From positions 38,772-102,771 of the forward strand of contig JBAVRP010000007.1 in assembly GCA_049695115.1 (NCBI GenBank): a stretch of DNA of 64,000 nt, given 5' to 3'. Numbering within the stretch: the first letter of the stretch is position 1; every line of letters begins with the position of its first letter. This DNA comes from Burkholderiales bacterium (GTDB taxonomy: Bacteria > Pseudomonadota > Gammaproteobacteria > Burkholderiales > JBEEJL01). Below the pieces are notes generated by a model. It was not told the DNA's origin, searched no databases, and saw nothing but the letters and a program-made list of their open reading frames with translations. Below are positions 18,587 to 29,004 of this stretch, one piece after another. Made by a program: the position numbers and the translations under genes.

Positions 18587-20557
18587 TTACCCTTGCAATA
18601 AACGTATTTCCGCCTGCGCCAAATGCTCCGGCGAGCCGAGCAAAATCAATACATCCGCCACTTCCAGTTTCATATCAGCAGAGGGATTCGTGTTGCGCAC
18701 ATTGCGCCGTCGCACTGCGGTGACTTCTACATACAAATCATCCATCGACAATTCCTGCAGCGTTTTGCCCACCGCCGCTGCGTCTTCATTCAGCATTATC
18801 GATTGCAGGCGCGGTTGCGCTGCATCTTCCATATCGGTTTCGATATCCGTCGCGCCGTGAAAAAATCCGCGCACCAGCTGGTACTGCGCCGCGCGCATAT
18901 CGCGCATGCGGCGCAACACGTGCGCCAGCGGCAGGCCAAGCAATAACATGGTGTGGGTGGCGAGCATCATCGATCCTTCCAGCACTTCCGGCACGATTTC
19001 CGTCGCGCCGCTGAGCCTGAGGTGTTCCAGGTCGGTGTCATCATAAGTCCGCACGATGACCGGTAACTCCGGCCGCATAGCCTGCACGTGAGCGAGGATT
19101 TTTTCCGCCATTTTGGTGTCGGCAAAACTCACCACCAGCGCCGACGCCCGCGGTAATCCTGCCGCCATCAATACTTCGCGCCGTGCCGCATCGCCGAACA
19201 CCACCGAGTCGCCTGCGGCGGCGGCCTGCTTGACCCGCATCGGATCCACGTCGAGGGCAATGACGGAAATTTTTTCCTGTTCCAGAAAACGCGCGAGGCT
19301 TTGCCCGCTGCGGCCGTAGCCGCAAATGATTACATGGCTTTCTGCCGCCATGCTTTTTGCCGATAACTCAGTCAGCGCCATGGCGCGCAGCATCCATTCG
19401 CTTTTGGAAAACTTGAGCACAATGCGGTCGCTATGCATCAGTATCAGCGGCGACAGCATGAGCGACAGCAACATCGCCGCCAACACAATCTGCATGGCCT
19501 GCACGGAAACCAAATCATGGACGCCTGCAAGCGACAACAGGACGAAACTGAATTCGCCCGCGCAACCCAGCGCCAAAGCGCAACGCATTGCCACCGATGT
19601 GTCGTTACGGAAAAGGCGTGCCAGGCCGAACACGATGCCAGTCTTGATCACAATCAGTGTAGCGAGCAGCGCCATGACCCAGAGAAAATTTTGCGCCACA
19701 GCATGCAGGTCGAGCAGCATGCCGATGGTGACAAAAAATAAACCCAGCAGCACGTCGCGGAACGGTTTGATGTAATCCTCGACCTGGTAACGGTATTCGG
19801 TTTCTGAAATCAAAATACCGGCGAGAAACGCGCCGAGTGCGAGCGACAATCCGGCGAGGCCTGTGACATAGGCAAGACCAAGCGTCACCATTAAGACGTT
19901 GAGCACAAATAATTCCGACGACTTGGCGCGCGCCACCAGGTGAAACCATCGGCGCATCAGGCTCTGTCCGAGGAATAATAAAAATATCAATATAATCAAT
20001 GCCTTCAATAAGGCATAGCTAACCGTGATGGCGAGCGTTTGATTGCCCTGCGACAAGGCCGGAATCAACACCAGTAGCGGCACGACGGCCAGATCCTGGA
20101 ACAGCAGCACGCCCATGGTCTGTCGGCCATGGGGCGAATTGAGTTGGAGTTTTTCCGCCAGGGTTTTGCTGACAATCGCGGTCGACGACATGGCCAACGC
20201 GCCGCCGAGGGCGAGCCCGGCCTGCCACGACAAGCCGAACAACAGGGAAAGCGCCAGAAAAACCAGCAAGGTCACCAGCACCTGCGCACCGCCCAGCCCG
20301 AACACCACACGCCGCATGGAAATGAGTTGCGGCAAACTGAATTCCAGGCCGATGCTGAACATGAGAAACACTACGCCGAATTCGGCGAGATACGTTGTCT
20401 CCGCGCTCTCCGGCACGAAGCCCAACGCATGAGGCCCTGCGACAATGCCGAGTGCCAGATAACCCAGCATCGGCGGCAAATTCAGCCGCCGAAACAGCGT
20501 GACCGTGAGCACCGCGGCCACCAGAAGGATCAGCGCAATTTCAAGAGAACCGTGCAT
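18587..20557 (-). CDS. CPA2-family monovalent cation:proton antiporter (Kef/YbaL-type) with RCK (TrkA-N/TrkA-C) domains
   Basis: Long polytopic N-terminal domain, then VIICGYGRSGQSLARFL (Rossmann, TrkA-N) and a C-terminal TrkA-C-like segment. The ATG at 20557 is preferred. Confidence 0.9.
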   Translation of the reverse strand: MHGSLEIALILLVAAVLTVTLFRRLNLPPMLGYLALGIVAGPHALGFVPESAETTYLAEFGVVFLMFSIGLEFSLPQLISMRRVVFGLGGAQVLVTLLVFLALSLLFGLSWQAGLALGGALAMSSTAIVSKTLAEKLQLNSPHGRQTMGVLLFQDLAVVPLLVLIPALSQGNQTLAITVSYALLKALIILIFLLFLGQSLMRRWFHLVARAKSSELFVLNVLMVTLGLAYVTGLAGLSLALGAFLAGILISETEYRYQVEDYIKPFRDVLLGLFFVTIGMLLDLHAVAQNFLWVMALLATLIVIKTGIVFGLARLFRNDTSVAMRCALALGCAGEFSFVLLSLAGVHDLVSVQAMQIVLAAMLLSLMLSPLILMHSDRIVLKFSKSEWMLRAMALTELSAKSMAAESHVIICGYGRSGQSLARFLEQEKISVIALDVDPMRVKQAAAAGDSVVFGDAARREVLMAAGLPRASALVVSFADTKMAEKILAHVQAMRPELPVIVRTYDDTDLEHLRLSGATEIVPEVLEGSMMLATHTMLLLGLPLAHVLRRMRDMRAAQYQLVRGFFHGATDIETDMEDAAQPRLQSIMLNEDAAAVGKTLQELSMDDLYVEVTAVRRRNVRNTNPSADMKLEVADVLILLGSPEHLAQAEIRLLQG

Positions 20558-20664
20558 GGTCTTTAGTTTTATGGATGTCACGGCAAATGTAACACGGCTT
20601 ACCCATTCCGTCGCCGCCGCTATAGCCTTTATCCGCAAGTCCGGAAGCCTTATACTCTGCTTAT

Positions 20665-21660
20665 ATGACAGCCCTGCGCAAACCTACGGCCGCCCACCTG
20701 AAGACCCTTAGCCTCGCCCGCGACGTACTCGATATTGAAGCACGCGCTGTGGAAGGACTCGCCGCGCACATTGACGAAAATTTCCTCGCCGCGCATCAAT
20801 TGATACTCAAATGCCGCGGCCGCGTAGTGGTGAGCGGCATGGGAAAAAGCGGCCACATCGCCAATAAAATCGCCTCGACCTTGGCCTCGACGGGCACGCC
20901 GGCATTTTTCATGCACCCCGGCGAAGCCGGCCATGGCGATCTTGGGATGATTACTCCCGATGATGTATTGCTCGCATTATCAAACTCCGGCGAGAGCGAT
21001 GAACTGCTCGCCATCATCCCCTTACTCAAGCGCCGTGGCAGCAAACTCATCAGCATGACCGGCAACAAAAGTTCCAGCCTGGCGAGGGAGGCCGATGTGC
21101 ATTTATACGCAGGCGTGGAAAAGGAAGCTTGCCCGCTGAATCTTGCGCCAACCGCCAGCACTACCGCTGCACTGGCGCTCGGTGATGCGCTCGCGGTTAC
21201 GCTGCTCGACGCGCGCGGATTTTCCGCCGACGACTTTGCCCGCACCCATCCCGGCGGCACGCTCGGCCGCAAGCTGCTGGTGCATGTGTCGGATATCATG
21301 CACAGCGGCGCAGAATTGCCATTCGTTCCCCAAGGCGCGACGCTGTCTGACGCATTGCTGGAGATGACCAGGAAAGGTCTCGGCATGACCGCCGTGGTTG
21401 ATCGCAATCACAAACTGGTCGGCATATTCACCGATGGGGATTTGCGCCGCACGCTGGAAAAACCAGTGGACATTAAACAGATCAGGGTTCTCGATGTGAT
21501 GGGTAAAAACCCGAAAACCATCCATGCCCATCGCCTCGCCGCGGAAGCGGCGCAATTGATGCAGCAATACAAAATTCTCAGCATGCTGGTCACAGACGCC
21601 GAAGGCCGGCTGACCGGCGCGTTTACCATGCACGATCTGCTGCGCGCAGGAGTAGTGTGA
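20665..21660 (+). CDS. kdsD: Arabinose-5-phosphate isomerase (SIS + tandem CBS)
   Basis: VVVSGMGKSGHIANKIASTLASTGTPAFFMHPGEAGHGDLG block, CBS pair, in the kdsDC-lptCAB context. Confidence 0.9.
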   Translation: MTALRKPTAAHLKTLSLARDVLDIEARAVEGLAAHIDENFLAAHQLILKCRGRVVVSGMGKSGHIANKIASTLASTGTPAFFMHPGEAGHGDLGMITPDDVLLALSNSGESDELLAIIPLLKRRGSKLISMTGNKSSSLAREADVHLYAGVEKEACPLNLAPTASTTAALALGDALAVTLLDARGFSADDFARTHPGGTLGRKLLVHVSDIMHSGAELPFVPQGATLSDALLEMTRKGLGMTAVVDRNHKLVGIFTDGDLRRTLEKPVDIKQIRVLDVMGKNPKTIHAHRLAAEAAQLMQQYKILSMLVTDAEGRLTGAFTMHDLLRAGVV

Positions 21661-22187
21661 TGAAGCAAGCCACTGCAGACCGCGCCAAACTTGTTCGACT
21701 TGCCGTGTTTGATGTCGATGGCGTGCTCACCGACGGTAGCCTTTACATGAATGACCTGGGCGAAGAAATCAAGGCATTCAACACGCTCGACGGCCACGGG
21801 CTGAAAATGCTCCAGGCGAGTGGAGTGGAATTGGCTATCATCACCGGTCGTACTTCGCGTAGCGTTGAAATGCGCGCAAAAAATCTCGGCGTTAAACATT
21901 TGTACCAAGGCGCGGAAAACAAGCTGGACGTACTGATGACGCTTTTGTCGGTGCTGAAATTTGATGCCAACGCCGCCATGTTCATGGGTGACGACGTCGT
22001 CGATTTACCCGCGATGCGCCGTTGCGGATTCGCCGTCTGCGTACCGGCGTCGCCGGCAATCGTAAAACAACATTCGCATTATATTGCGCGCGCAGATGCC
22101 GGCCGCGGTGCGGTGCGCGAAGTGTGCGAATTGGTCATGCAGGCACAAGGCACGCTGGACAAACAAATGGAAAAATTCCTCGCATGA
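21657..22187 (+). CDS. kdsC: KDO-8-phosphate phosphatase
   Basis: HAD motif FDVDGVLTDG. Size and context fit. Confidence 0.9.
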   Translation: MMKQATADRAKLVRLAVFDVDGVLTDGSLYMNDLGEEIKAFNTLDGHGLKMLQASGVELAIITGRTSRSVEMRAKNLGVKHLYQGAENKLDVLMTLLSVLKFDANAAMFMGDDVVDLPAMRRCGFAVCVPASPAIVKQHSHYIARADAGRGAVREVCELVMQAQGTLDKQMEKFLA

Positions 22188-22765
22188 AATTTTCCCTCAA
22201 TTCGCTGTTGCCTTTACTGGCGCTGACCATGCTTGCATCGCTGGCCTATTGGCTCAACCACACCGTGAGCCGCGCGGTAGCGCCCGCGACTGCGGCGTTG
22301 AAACACGAACCAGATGCCATTGCCGAAGATTTTTCCGCCCGCCAACTCGGCGATGAAGGCTCAGTGCGTTATACACTGCAAGCCAAGAAAATGTTACATT
22401 ATCCCGATGATGATTCGACCCATCTTGAAGCGGTATTTTTTGATGGGAAACCCCAGGATGCCAGGCAACAAGAACAACGGTTTTCCGTCAGCGCACAGAA
22501 TGCGCAGCTGTCGAAAAACGGTGATGAAGTATTTCTTGAAGGAAAAGTTGAGCTGGTAAAAGAAGCCACGCCCGATTCGCCCCGCGCCACCATACGCACC
22601 AGCAAACTGCGCCTGGTTCCGGATGCAGGGCTGGCGCAGACCGCCGAGCAGGTGGAAATGCGCAGCGAAAACAGCTTCATCATTGGCAAACAATTTGAAT
22701 ACAACAACAAAACCCGCAAGATTAAACTTGCGCAAGTGAAAGCCAGCTATGTGGTGCAACCTTAA
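22184..22765 (+). CDS. lptC: LPS export system protein LptC
   Basis: Single N-terminal TM helix, correct size, positioned between kdsC and lptA. Its ATG overlaps the kdsC stop (ATGA). Confidence 0.8.
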   Translation: MKFSLNSLLPLLALTMLASLAYWLNHTVSRAVAPATAALKHEPDAIAEDFSARQLGDEGSVRYTLQAKKMLHYPDDDSTHLEAVFFDGKPQDARQQEQRFSVSAQNAQLSKNGDEVFLEGKVELVKEATPDSPRATIRTSKLRLVPDAGLAQTAEQVEMRSENSFIIGKQFEYNNKTRKIKLAQVKASYVVQP

Positions 22766-23312
22766 ACACGCCCTGCTGATAGCTGCGCTTGCTCTGATTG
22801 CGGGTTATGCGTGGGCGGAAAAAGCCGATCGCAGCAAACCCGTGGACCTCAGCGCCGACAAAGCGGAATACGACGGCCTGAATAAAACCGGCCTGTACGA
22901 AGGCAATGTGATACTGACCCAGGGCAGCATACGCATCCAAGCCGACAAGGTAGTGGTGAAAGCGGACAAATACGGCACCACTTTCGCCACCGCCAGCGGG
23001 AGCCCCGTCTCTTTTCGGCAAAAATTGGATGGCTCGAACGATTACATCGAAGGCTATGGCGAGCGGCTGGAATTCGATACCAAAAGCGACACAGTCCAAT
23101 TAATCGACCGCGCTTTCATCAAGCGCGGCCAGGACGAATTACGCGGCAATTATATCTCCTACAACTCCCGCACCGAGGTATTCAGGGTGGATGGGAGGGG
23201 CGTCAATGCGAGCGCTTCCACGCCCGCAACCCAAGGACGGGTGCATGTGATTATTCAGCCTAAAAATACCGAGCCCGACGACGCCCCCGCCGCGCCCGCG
23301 CCGAAACACTAA
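22749..23312 (+). CDS. lptA: LPS transport periplasmic protein LptA (OstA-like)
   Basis: Signal peptide and OstA-like beta-jellyroll sequence; context fits. Confidence 0.85.
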   Translation: MWCNLKHALLIAALALIAGYAWAEKADRSKPVDLSADKAEYDGLNKTGLYEGNVILTQGSIRIQADKVVVKADKYGTTFATASGSPVSFRQKLDGSNDYIEGYGERLEFDTKSDTVQLIDRAFIKRGQDELRGNYISYNSRTEVFRVDGRGVNASASTPATQGRVHVIIQPKNTEPDDAPAAPAPKH

Positions 23313-23319
23313 TCGTTAA

Positions 23320-24042
23320 ATGAGTATTCTTAAGGCAGAACACCTCAAAAAACGCTACAAGGAGCGCACAGTTGTCAAGGACGTTTCGCTGGAAGTGCAC
23401 AGCGGCGAAGTGGTGGGACTGCTCGGACCCAACGGTGCCGGCAAGACCACCACGTTTTATATGATCGTCGGCCTGGTACCGCTCAACGGCGGCAGCATCA
23501 GCTTCGATAATACCGAAGTCAGCCACATGCCCATGCACCAGCGTGCGCGCCTAGGCTTGAGTTACCTGCCGCAGGAAGCATCGATTTTCCGCAAACTCAC
23601 CGTGGCAGAAAATATCCAGGCCGTGCTGGAATTGCAGCCACTGGCAAAAAACGAAATCCAGGACCGCCTTGATCAATTGCTCGGCGATTTGCACGTGGCG
23701 CATTTACGCGACCGCCAGGCCATGGCGTTATCAGGCGGCGAACGGCGGCGGGTCGAGATCGCACGTGCCCTCGCTAATAACCCGCGTTTTATATTGCTTG
23801 ACGAACCCTTCGCCGGGGTTGATCCTATAGCTGTGATCGACATCCAGCAGATTATCCGTTTTCTCAGGCAGCGCGACATCGGCGTGCTCATCACCGACCA
23901 TAACGTGCGGGAAACATTGGGGATTTGCGATCGGGCATTTATTATCAACCAAGGCTCGGTGCTTGCCTCAGGCAAACCGGATGAAATCATCTATAATGAC
24001 AGTGTCAGAAAAGTCTATTTGGGAGAAAACTTTAAGCTGTAG
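23320..24042 (+). CDS. lptB: LPS export ABC transporter ATPase LptB
   Basis: [42 protein letters not shown]. Confidence 0.95.
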   Translation: MSILKAEHLKKRYKERTVVKDVSLEVHSGEVVGLLGPNGAGKTTTFYMIVGLVPLNGGSISFDNTEVSHMPMHQRARLGLSYLPQEASIFRKLTVAENIQAVLELQPLAKNEIQDRLDQLLGDLHVAHLRDRQAMALSGGERRRVEIARALANNPRFILLDEPFAGVDPIAVIDIQQIIRFLRQRDIGVLITDHNVRETLGICDRAFIINQGSVLASGKPDEIIYNDSVRKVYLGENFKL

Positions 24043-24086
24043 CATTGACCTCTCCGCCGTTACTCTGGAATCCGCCATTCAGTAAT

Positions 24087-25550
24087 ATGAAACAAAGCCT
24101 GCAACTCAAGCTGGGGCAGCACCTGACACTGACGCCCCAGTTACAACAGTCGATACGCCTGCTGCAACTCTCTACTCTGGATCTCAACCAAGAGCTTGAG
24201 CGGTTTATCATGGAAAATCCGCTGCTGGAGCGCGAAGATTCGGATGCGGAACGCGTTGTCGTTCCCAATGGAACCGAGTATCACAACGACGAATCAAATA
24301 AAATAGACCCCCAGCAGGAGACGTCTGCCGAAACCACTACTCCCGACGCGGAAAATGCCTCGCTCATGGACACTTGGGGCGACGCGGATGTGGGACACAT
24401 CGAAGATGCCCCTTATACCTATAAAGACGACGGCGACGAACGCGAGTACTCGCAAATCGCCGCTGTGCATGCGAGCCTGACGCAATATCTGAGCGAACAA
24501 CTCAATCTGGTGCAACTATCGACAATCGATAAGCAACTGGCGATGTTCGTTATCGCCCATCTCAATGAGGACGGCTACCTCGAACCCTCGTTGGAAGAAC
24601 TGCACTCGTTGCTGCCGCCGGACATGGAAATCGAGCCGGAGGAATTGCAAATCGCCTTGCGCCATGTGCAAAATCTCGATCCAACCGGCGTGGGTGCAAG
24701 GAATTTGCGTGAGTGCCTGACCTTGCAACTAGATGCGCTACCCGCATCGACACCCTTGCTGGCCCTGGCAAAAAAAATGGTGGCACAGCATCTGGATACT
24801 CTAGCCCAGCATGATTTCAACAAACTGCGCCGTGTGCTCGACTGCAATGAAGAAGACCTGAAGCGCGCGCAAAGCCTGGTTAAATCCCTCAATCCCAAAC
24901 CCTGCCAGGACTATCTGCCGGAAGAGGCGCGCTACATAGTCGCCGATGTGATAGTCAAAAAGACCAAAAATAAATGGGCTGCCAGCCTGAATCCGGATGC
25001 GATTCCTAAATTGCGCCTAAACTCGCTTTACGCTTCCATCCTGCAAAATAACCGCGGTCAATCCAACCCGCAACTCGCCAGCCAATTGCAGGAAGCGCGC
25101 TGGCTTATCAAGAACGTGCAGCAACGATTCGAAACCATACTCAAAGTTTCCCAGGCGATTGTGGAACGACAGAAACATTTTTTCGACCACGGCGAAGTAG
25201 CGATGCGGCCATTGGTGCTGCGGGAAATCGCCGACACAGTCGGGTTGCATGAATCGACGGTATCGCGCGTTACCACGCAAAAATTCATGATCACGCCGCG
25301 CGGCATTTACGAATTGAAATATTTTTTCGGTAGCCACGTCTCCACCGATGTAGGCGGCGCGGCATCCAGTACCGCTATCCGCGCGCTAATCAAACAATTG
25401 GTGGCGGCCGAAGATCCGCGTAAACCGCTGTCGGATCACCGCATTTCAGAAATCCTTGCCCAGCAGGGAATTGTTGTAGCACGCCGCACTATCGCAAAAT
25501 ACCGCGAGACATTGCAAATCCAACCCGCGAACCTGCGCAAATCACTGTAA
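24087..25550 (+). CDS. rpoN: RNA polymerase sigma-54 factor
   Basis: MKQSLQLKLGQHLTLTPQLQQSIRLLQLS N-terminus and the RpoN box ARRTIAKYRE. Confidence 0.95.
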   Translation: MKQSLQLKLGQHLTLTPQLQQSIRLLQLSTLDLNQELERFIMENPLLEREDSDAERVVVPNGTEYHNDESNKIDPQQETSAETTTPDAENASLMDTWGDADVGHIEDAPYTYKDDGDEREYSQIAAVHASLTQYLSEQLNLVQLSTIDKQLAMFVIAHLNEDGYLEPSLEELHSLLPPDMEIEPEELQIALRHVQNLDPTGVGARNLRECLTLQLDALPASTPLLALAKKMVAQHLDTLAQHDFNKLRRVLDCNEEDLKRAQSLVKSLNPKPCQDYLPEEARYIVADVIVKKTKNKWAASLNPDAIPKLRLNSLYASILQNNRGQSNPQLASQLQEARWLIKNVQQRFETILKVSQAIVERQKHFFDHGEVAMRPLVLREIADTVGLHESTVSRVTTQKFMITPRGIYELKYFFGSHVSTDVGGAASSTAIRALIKQLVAAEDPRKPLSDHRISEILAQQGIVVARRTIAKYRETLQIQPANLRKSL

Positions 25551-25563
25551 AGGAGTAGTTGCC

Positions 25564-25905
25564 ATGAATATAACGCTGACGGGACACAACCTCGATATCA
25601 CTACAGCCATTCGCAGTTACGTCACGAGCAAATTCGAGCGTATCAACCGGCACTCCGACCAGGTTATTGATGTCAACGTCATTATGACCGTGGAAAAACT
25701 GAGACATAAAGTAGAGGCCAATGTGCATCTCAGCGGCAAGGATATTCACGCCGAAACCATAGACGAAAACATGTACGCTGCGGTCGATTTGCTGGTAGAT
25801 AAGCTGGGTAGGCAGATTAACAAACACAAGGAAAAAAATTCAACTGATCGCCACAACAACGCACTGAAGCACCAGGAACAAAAGCCGGAACAAGTTGCCG
25901 AATAA
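25564..25905 (+). CDS. hpf: Ribosome hibernation promoting factor (short HPF/YhbH type)
   Basis: MNITLTGHNLDITTAIRSYV...; located downstream of rpoN. Confidence 0.9.
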   Translation: MNITLTGHNLDITTAIRSYVTSKFERINRHSDQVIDVNVIMTVEKLRHKVEANVHLSGKDIHAETIDENMYAAVDLLVDKLGRQINKHKEKNSTDRHNNALKHQEQKPEQVAE

Positions 25906-26065
25906 CCAGGCAGTCACATTTTTTCACAATACTTGAAACAGACTGCGGACAAGGGGATAATCCGCAGCCTTGCAACGCGATATTTTTACGTCCTGCGTGG
26001 TGTCGTTTTGTGCCCGGATAATTAACGGCAATGTGATCACTGGAATTGAACGAAACTGATTCGAA

Positions 26066-26551
26066 ATGAACTTGATATCCAAATCACTCCCTGCTTCCAA
26101 TGTGTTGATGGGGCTGGAGGCGGGGAATAAAAAACGCCTGTTCGAGCAAATCGGCATGTTGTTTGAAAACAACGAGGGAATTGCCCGGGCGACAACCTAT
26201 GACAGCCTGCTCGCGCGGGAAAAACTCGGTTCCACGGGCTTGGGCCATGGTGTCGCGATCCCCCATGGCCGCATCAAGGGGCTCAGGCGGACTTTGTGTG
26301 CGTTCGTTAAGCCGGCGTCGCCCATTCCCTGGGATGCGCCGGACGGAATTCCGGCCGAGATGATTTTTTTCATTCTGGTTCCGGAAAAAGCCACAGAGCA
26401 GCATTTACAAATTCTCAGTGAATTAGCGCAAATGTTCAGTGACAAATCATTCCGTGATTCCGTCACCTCGTGCGTCGACCCCGAAACCACGCACCGCCTG
26501 CTCACTTCATGGACACCCTATGCCGCAGCTCACCGTTCAGCAGCTGTTTGA
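26066..26551 (+). CDS. ptsN: PTS-Ntr EIIA component
   Basis: GLGHGVAIPHGR phosphorylation-site block; context fits. Confidence 0.9.
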   Translation: MNLISKSLPASNVLMGLEAGNKKRLFEQIGMLFENNEGIARATTYDSLLAREKLGSTGLGHGVAIPHGRIKGLRRTLCAFVKPASPIPWDAPDGIPAEMIFFILVPEKATEQHLQILSELAQMFSDKSFRDSVTSCVDPETTHRLLTSWTPYAAAHRSAAV

Positions 26552-27485
26552 CGTCAAGCGCGACAAACTGCGTCTCGAGTGGATAACGGGCAAGGACGGC
26601 GGCACCCGCGCGCTTACGGGCGATATGCTCAAGCGTTCGGGGATTGCCATCATCGGCCACTTGAATCTTATCCACCCGCATCGCTTCAAGGTTTTGGGCG
26701 CACTCGAAGTCGATTATCTCAACAAGCTGGAACCAGTCGAGCTCACCAGCGCGCTGCGCTACATTTTTTCCGGGGAAAATACCGCCGCGCTGTTTATCAC
26801 CAATGGGTTGCCTGTGCCGGAAAGCCTGATCTCGGGCGCGCGTGACAGCGGCACCCCCTTATTCGTTACCCCCGAAACCAGCCAGGAACTCATTAATGTC
26901 CTGCGCCAATACCTGTTTATTCAACTGGCGGAAGTCACGACATTACACGGCGTGTTCCTCGATGTGCTCGGCGTGGGCGTGCTCGTAACGGGAGATTCTT
27001 CCATCGGCAAAAGCGAATTGGCACTGGAACTGATCAGCCGCGGCAGTGGCCTGGTAGCGGACGATATTGTCGAGCTGGCGCAGATCAGCCCAGACACTTT
27101 GCAAGGTCGCTGCCCGCCGCTGCTCAAGGATTTTCTCGAGGTGCGCGGCATAGGTGTTCTCAACATCCGTTCCATATTCGGCGAAACAGCCGTGCGGTCG
27201 CGAAAAATCCTCCGGATTATTGTGCATCTGGAAAAGCCCGGACTGGCGGACGCAGCCAAGCTGGACAGGCTGCAAACCAATGCCACGACGCGTACCATAC
27301 TCGGCGTCGCAGTGCCTATGGTGACCCTAGGCGTGGTTGCCGGACGCAACCTGGCCGTGCTGGTGGAAGCCGCCGTACGCAACTTCATTCTGCAACTCCG
27401 CGGTATCGATTCCACCCGCCAGTTCATTGAGCGGCATGAACAGCTCATGGCTGACGACCAAAATTTTTCCGCTGAAGGCTCATAA
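26520..27485 (+). CDS. hprK: HPr kinase/phosphorylase
   Basis: GDSSIGKSELALELI P-loop and LEVRGIGVLN signature. The ATG at 26520 is preferred and overlaps the ptsN 3' end by 32 nt. Confidence 0.9.
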   Translation: MPQLTVQQLFDVKRDKLRLEWITGKDGGTRALTGDMLKRSGIAIIGHLNLIHPHRFKVLGALEVDYLNKLEPVELTSALRYIFSGENTAALFITNGLPVPESLISGARDSGTPLFVTPETSQELINVLRQYLFIQLAEVTTLHGVFLDVLGVGVLVTGDSSIGKSELALELISRGSGLVADDIVELAQISPDTLQGRCPPLLKDFLEVRGIGVLNIRSIFGETAVRSRKILRIIVHLEKPGLADAAKLDRLQTNATTRTILGVAVPMVTLGVVAGRNLAVLVEAAVRNFILQLRGIDSTRQFIERHEQLMADDQNFSAEGS

Positions 27486-27491
27486 GCTTTT

Positions 27492-28382
27492 ATGCTGCAA
27501 ACCAGACCGAAGAATCCTGCCGCATCAACCGCAGCCGTTGCCTCGGGCACGCAGGTGATTCTCATCAGCGGTTTGTCCGGTTCGGGAAAAAGTGTCGCGA
27601 TTAAGGTATTGGAAGACGCAAATTATTATTGCGTCGATAATTTGCCGACGAAATTTTTGCCCGCACTCATCCGCTCTTTGCAAAACGCCGGTGAGTCGCG
27701 CATCGGCATCAGTATCGATGCCCGCAGCGGTGAAACAGTTTCTGAATTACCTAAATTAATCAAAGAATTACGTGAAACCGACATGGACGTGCGGGTTATG
27801 TTCCTGGAAGCCAACACCGACGAATTGGTGAAACGATTTTCCGAAACCCGGCGTAAGCACCCGCTGGCAACAAGTGGTCGCACGTTGATCGAGTCCATCG
27901 CCGAAGAGCGCGGACTGCTGGGCGAATTATCCGAACTCGCCCATCGCATCGATACCACGGATGTGCGACCGAATACCTTACGCGGTTGGGTGAAAGATTT
28001 CCTGCGGCTGGACCAATCGCGGCTGACGCTTTACTTTCAGTCATTCGGATTCAAACACGGTGCGCCGCAGGACGCGGACCTGGTGTTCGATGTACGCATG
28101 TTGCCCAACCCCTATTACGACCCGGCGATGCGCGCACTTACCGGCCTGGACGAACTGGTGATGAAATTCCTCGACGCCAACGCCGAGGCGCAAAAAATGC
28201 TCGGCGACATTGAACGTTTTGTTACCGAGTGGCTGCCCCATTATGTGCGCGACAATCGTTCGTCGCTTACCGTAGCCATCGGCTGCACCGGCGGCCAACA
28301 CCGTTCGGTTTACATGGCAGAAAAACTCGCAGCGCGTTTTTCAGGCGATCATCAGGTACTGGTGCGCCACCGCAACCGCTGA
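27492..28382 (+). CDS. rapZ: RNase adapter protein RapZ (YhbJ)
   Basis: ISGLSGSGKS P-loop and the C-terminal GCTGGQHRSV block. An alternative GTG start at 27555 would remove a 21-aa N-terminal extension. Confidence 0.9.
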   Translation: MLQTRPKNPAASTAAVASGTQVILISGLSGSGKSVAIKVLEDANYYCVDNLPTKFLPALIRSLQNAGESRIGISIDARSGETVSELPKLIKELRETDMDVRVMFLEANTDELVKRFSETRRKHPLATSGRTLIESIAEERGLLGELSELAHRIDTTDVRPNTLRGWVKDFLRLDQSRLTLYFQSFGFKHGAPQDADLVFDVRMLPNPYYDPAMRALTGLDELVMKFLDANAEAQKMLGDIERFVTEWLPHYVRDNRSSLTVAIGCTGGQHRSVYMAEKLAARFSGDHQVLVRHRNR

Positions 28383-28409
28383 TCGCACCTGCTTTTCCTA
28401 AGCGCTCTC

Positions 28410-29000
28410 ATGATGCAGATTCCTCTCTTCCCCCTTAACACCGTGTTGTTTCCCGACGGCCTGCTGCCGCTGAAAATTTTCGAGCAGCGTTATATGGACA
28501 TGACCAAAGCCTGCCTGCGCGATGCCACGCCTTTCGGTGTGTGCTTGATCAAAGAGGGACAGGAAGTCGGAACAGAAGCAGTGCCCGAATCCATCGGCAC
28601 GCTGGCCAGTATCACTGATTGGGACATGCCGCAATTAGGCGTGTTGCAAATCAAAGCCCGCGGTGGCCAGCGTTTTTATATCAACAGCTACAAAGACAAT
28701 GGCACAGGATTGCTGATCGGCGAAGTGACTTTGCTCGACGCCGAACCTGAAATAAAACTTCCCGAAGAGCATCAGACCTGCGCGACGGCATTGCGCTCGC
28801 TGATGCACAAGGCCGGTGAAGACCATTTTTTTTCGCCCCCTCGTTTTGATAGCGCAAGTTGGGTCGGCCAGCGGCTGGCGGAATTATTGCCGGTTCCATT
28901 GCCGGTGAAGCAAATGATGCTGGAACTTAGCGATAGCAAAATGCGTCTCGGCACCATGCATCAGTTTTTGCACCGCATGGGATTGCTCAAAACCAATTGA
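28410..29000 (+). CDS. LON substrate-binding (Lon N-terminal) domain protein
   Basis: IPLFPLNTVLFPDGLLPLKIFEQRY is a typical stand-alone LON-domain start. 196 aa. Confidence 0.85.
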   Translation: MMQIPLFPLNTVLFPDGLLPLKIFEQRYMDMTKACLRDATPFGVCLIKEGQEVGTEAVPESIGTLASITDWDMPQLGVLQIKARGGQRFYINSYKDNGTGLLIGEVTLLDAEPEIKLPEEHQTCATALRSLMHKAGEDHFFSPPRFDSASWVGQRLAELLPVPLPVKQMMLELSDSKMRLGTMHQFLHRMGLLKTN

Positions 29001-29004
29001 GGAA

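Noticed and set aside
25943-25967. Hairpin ctgcgga-N11-tccgcag between hpf and ptsN, considered as a terminator or attenuator.
   Set aside because: There is no U-tract on either strand and the loop is long. Evidence is insufficient, so it is not called as a feature.
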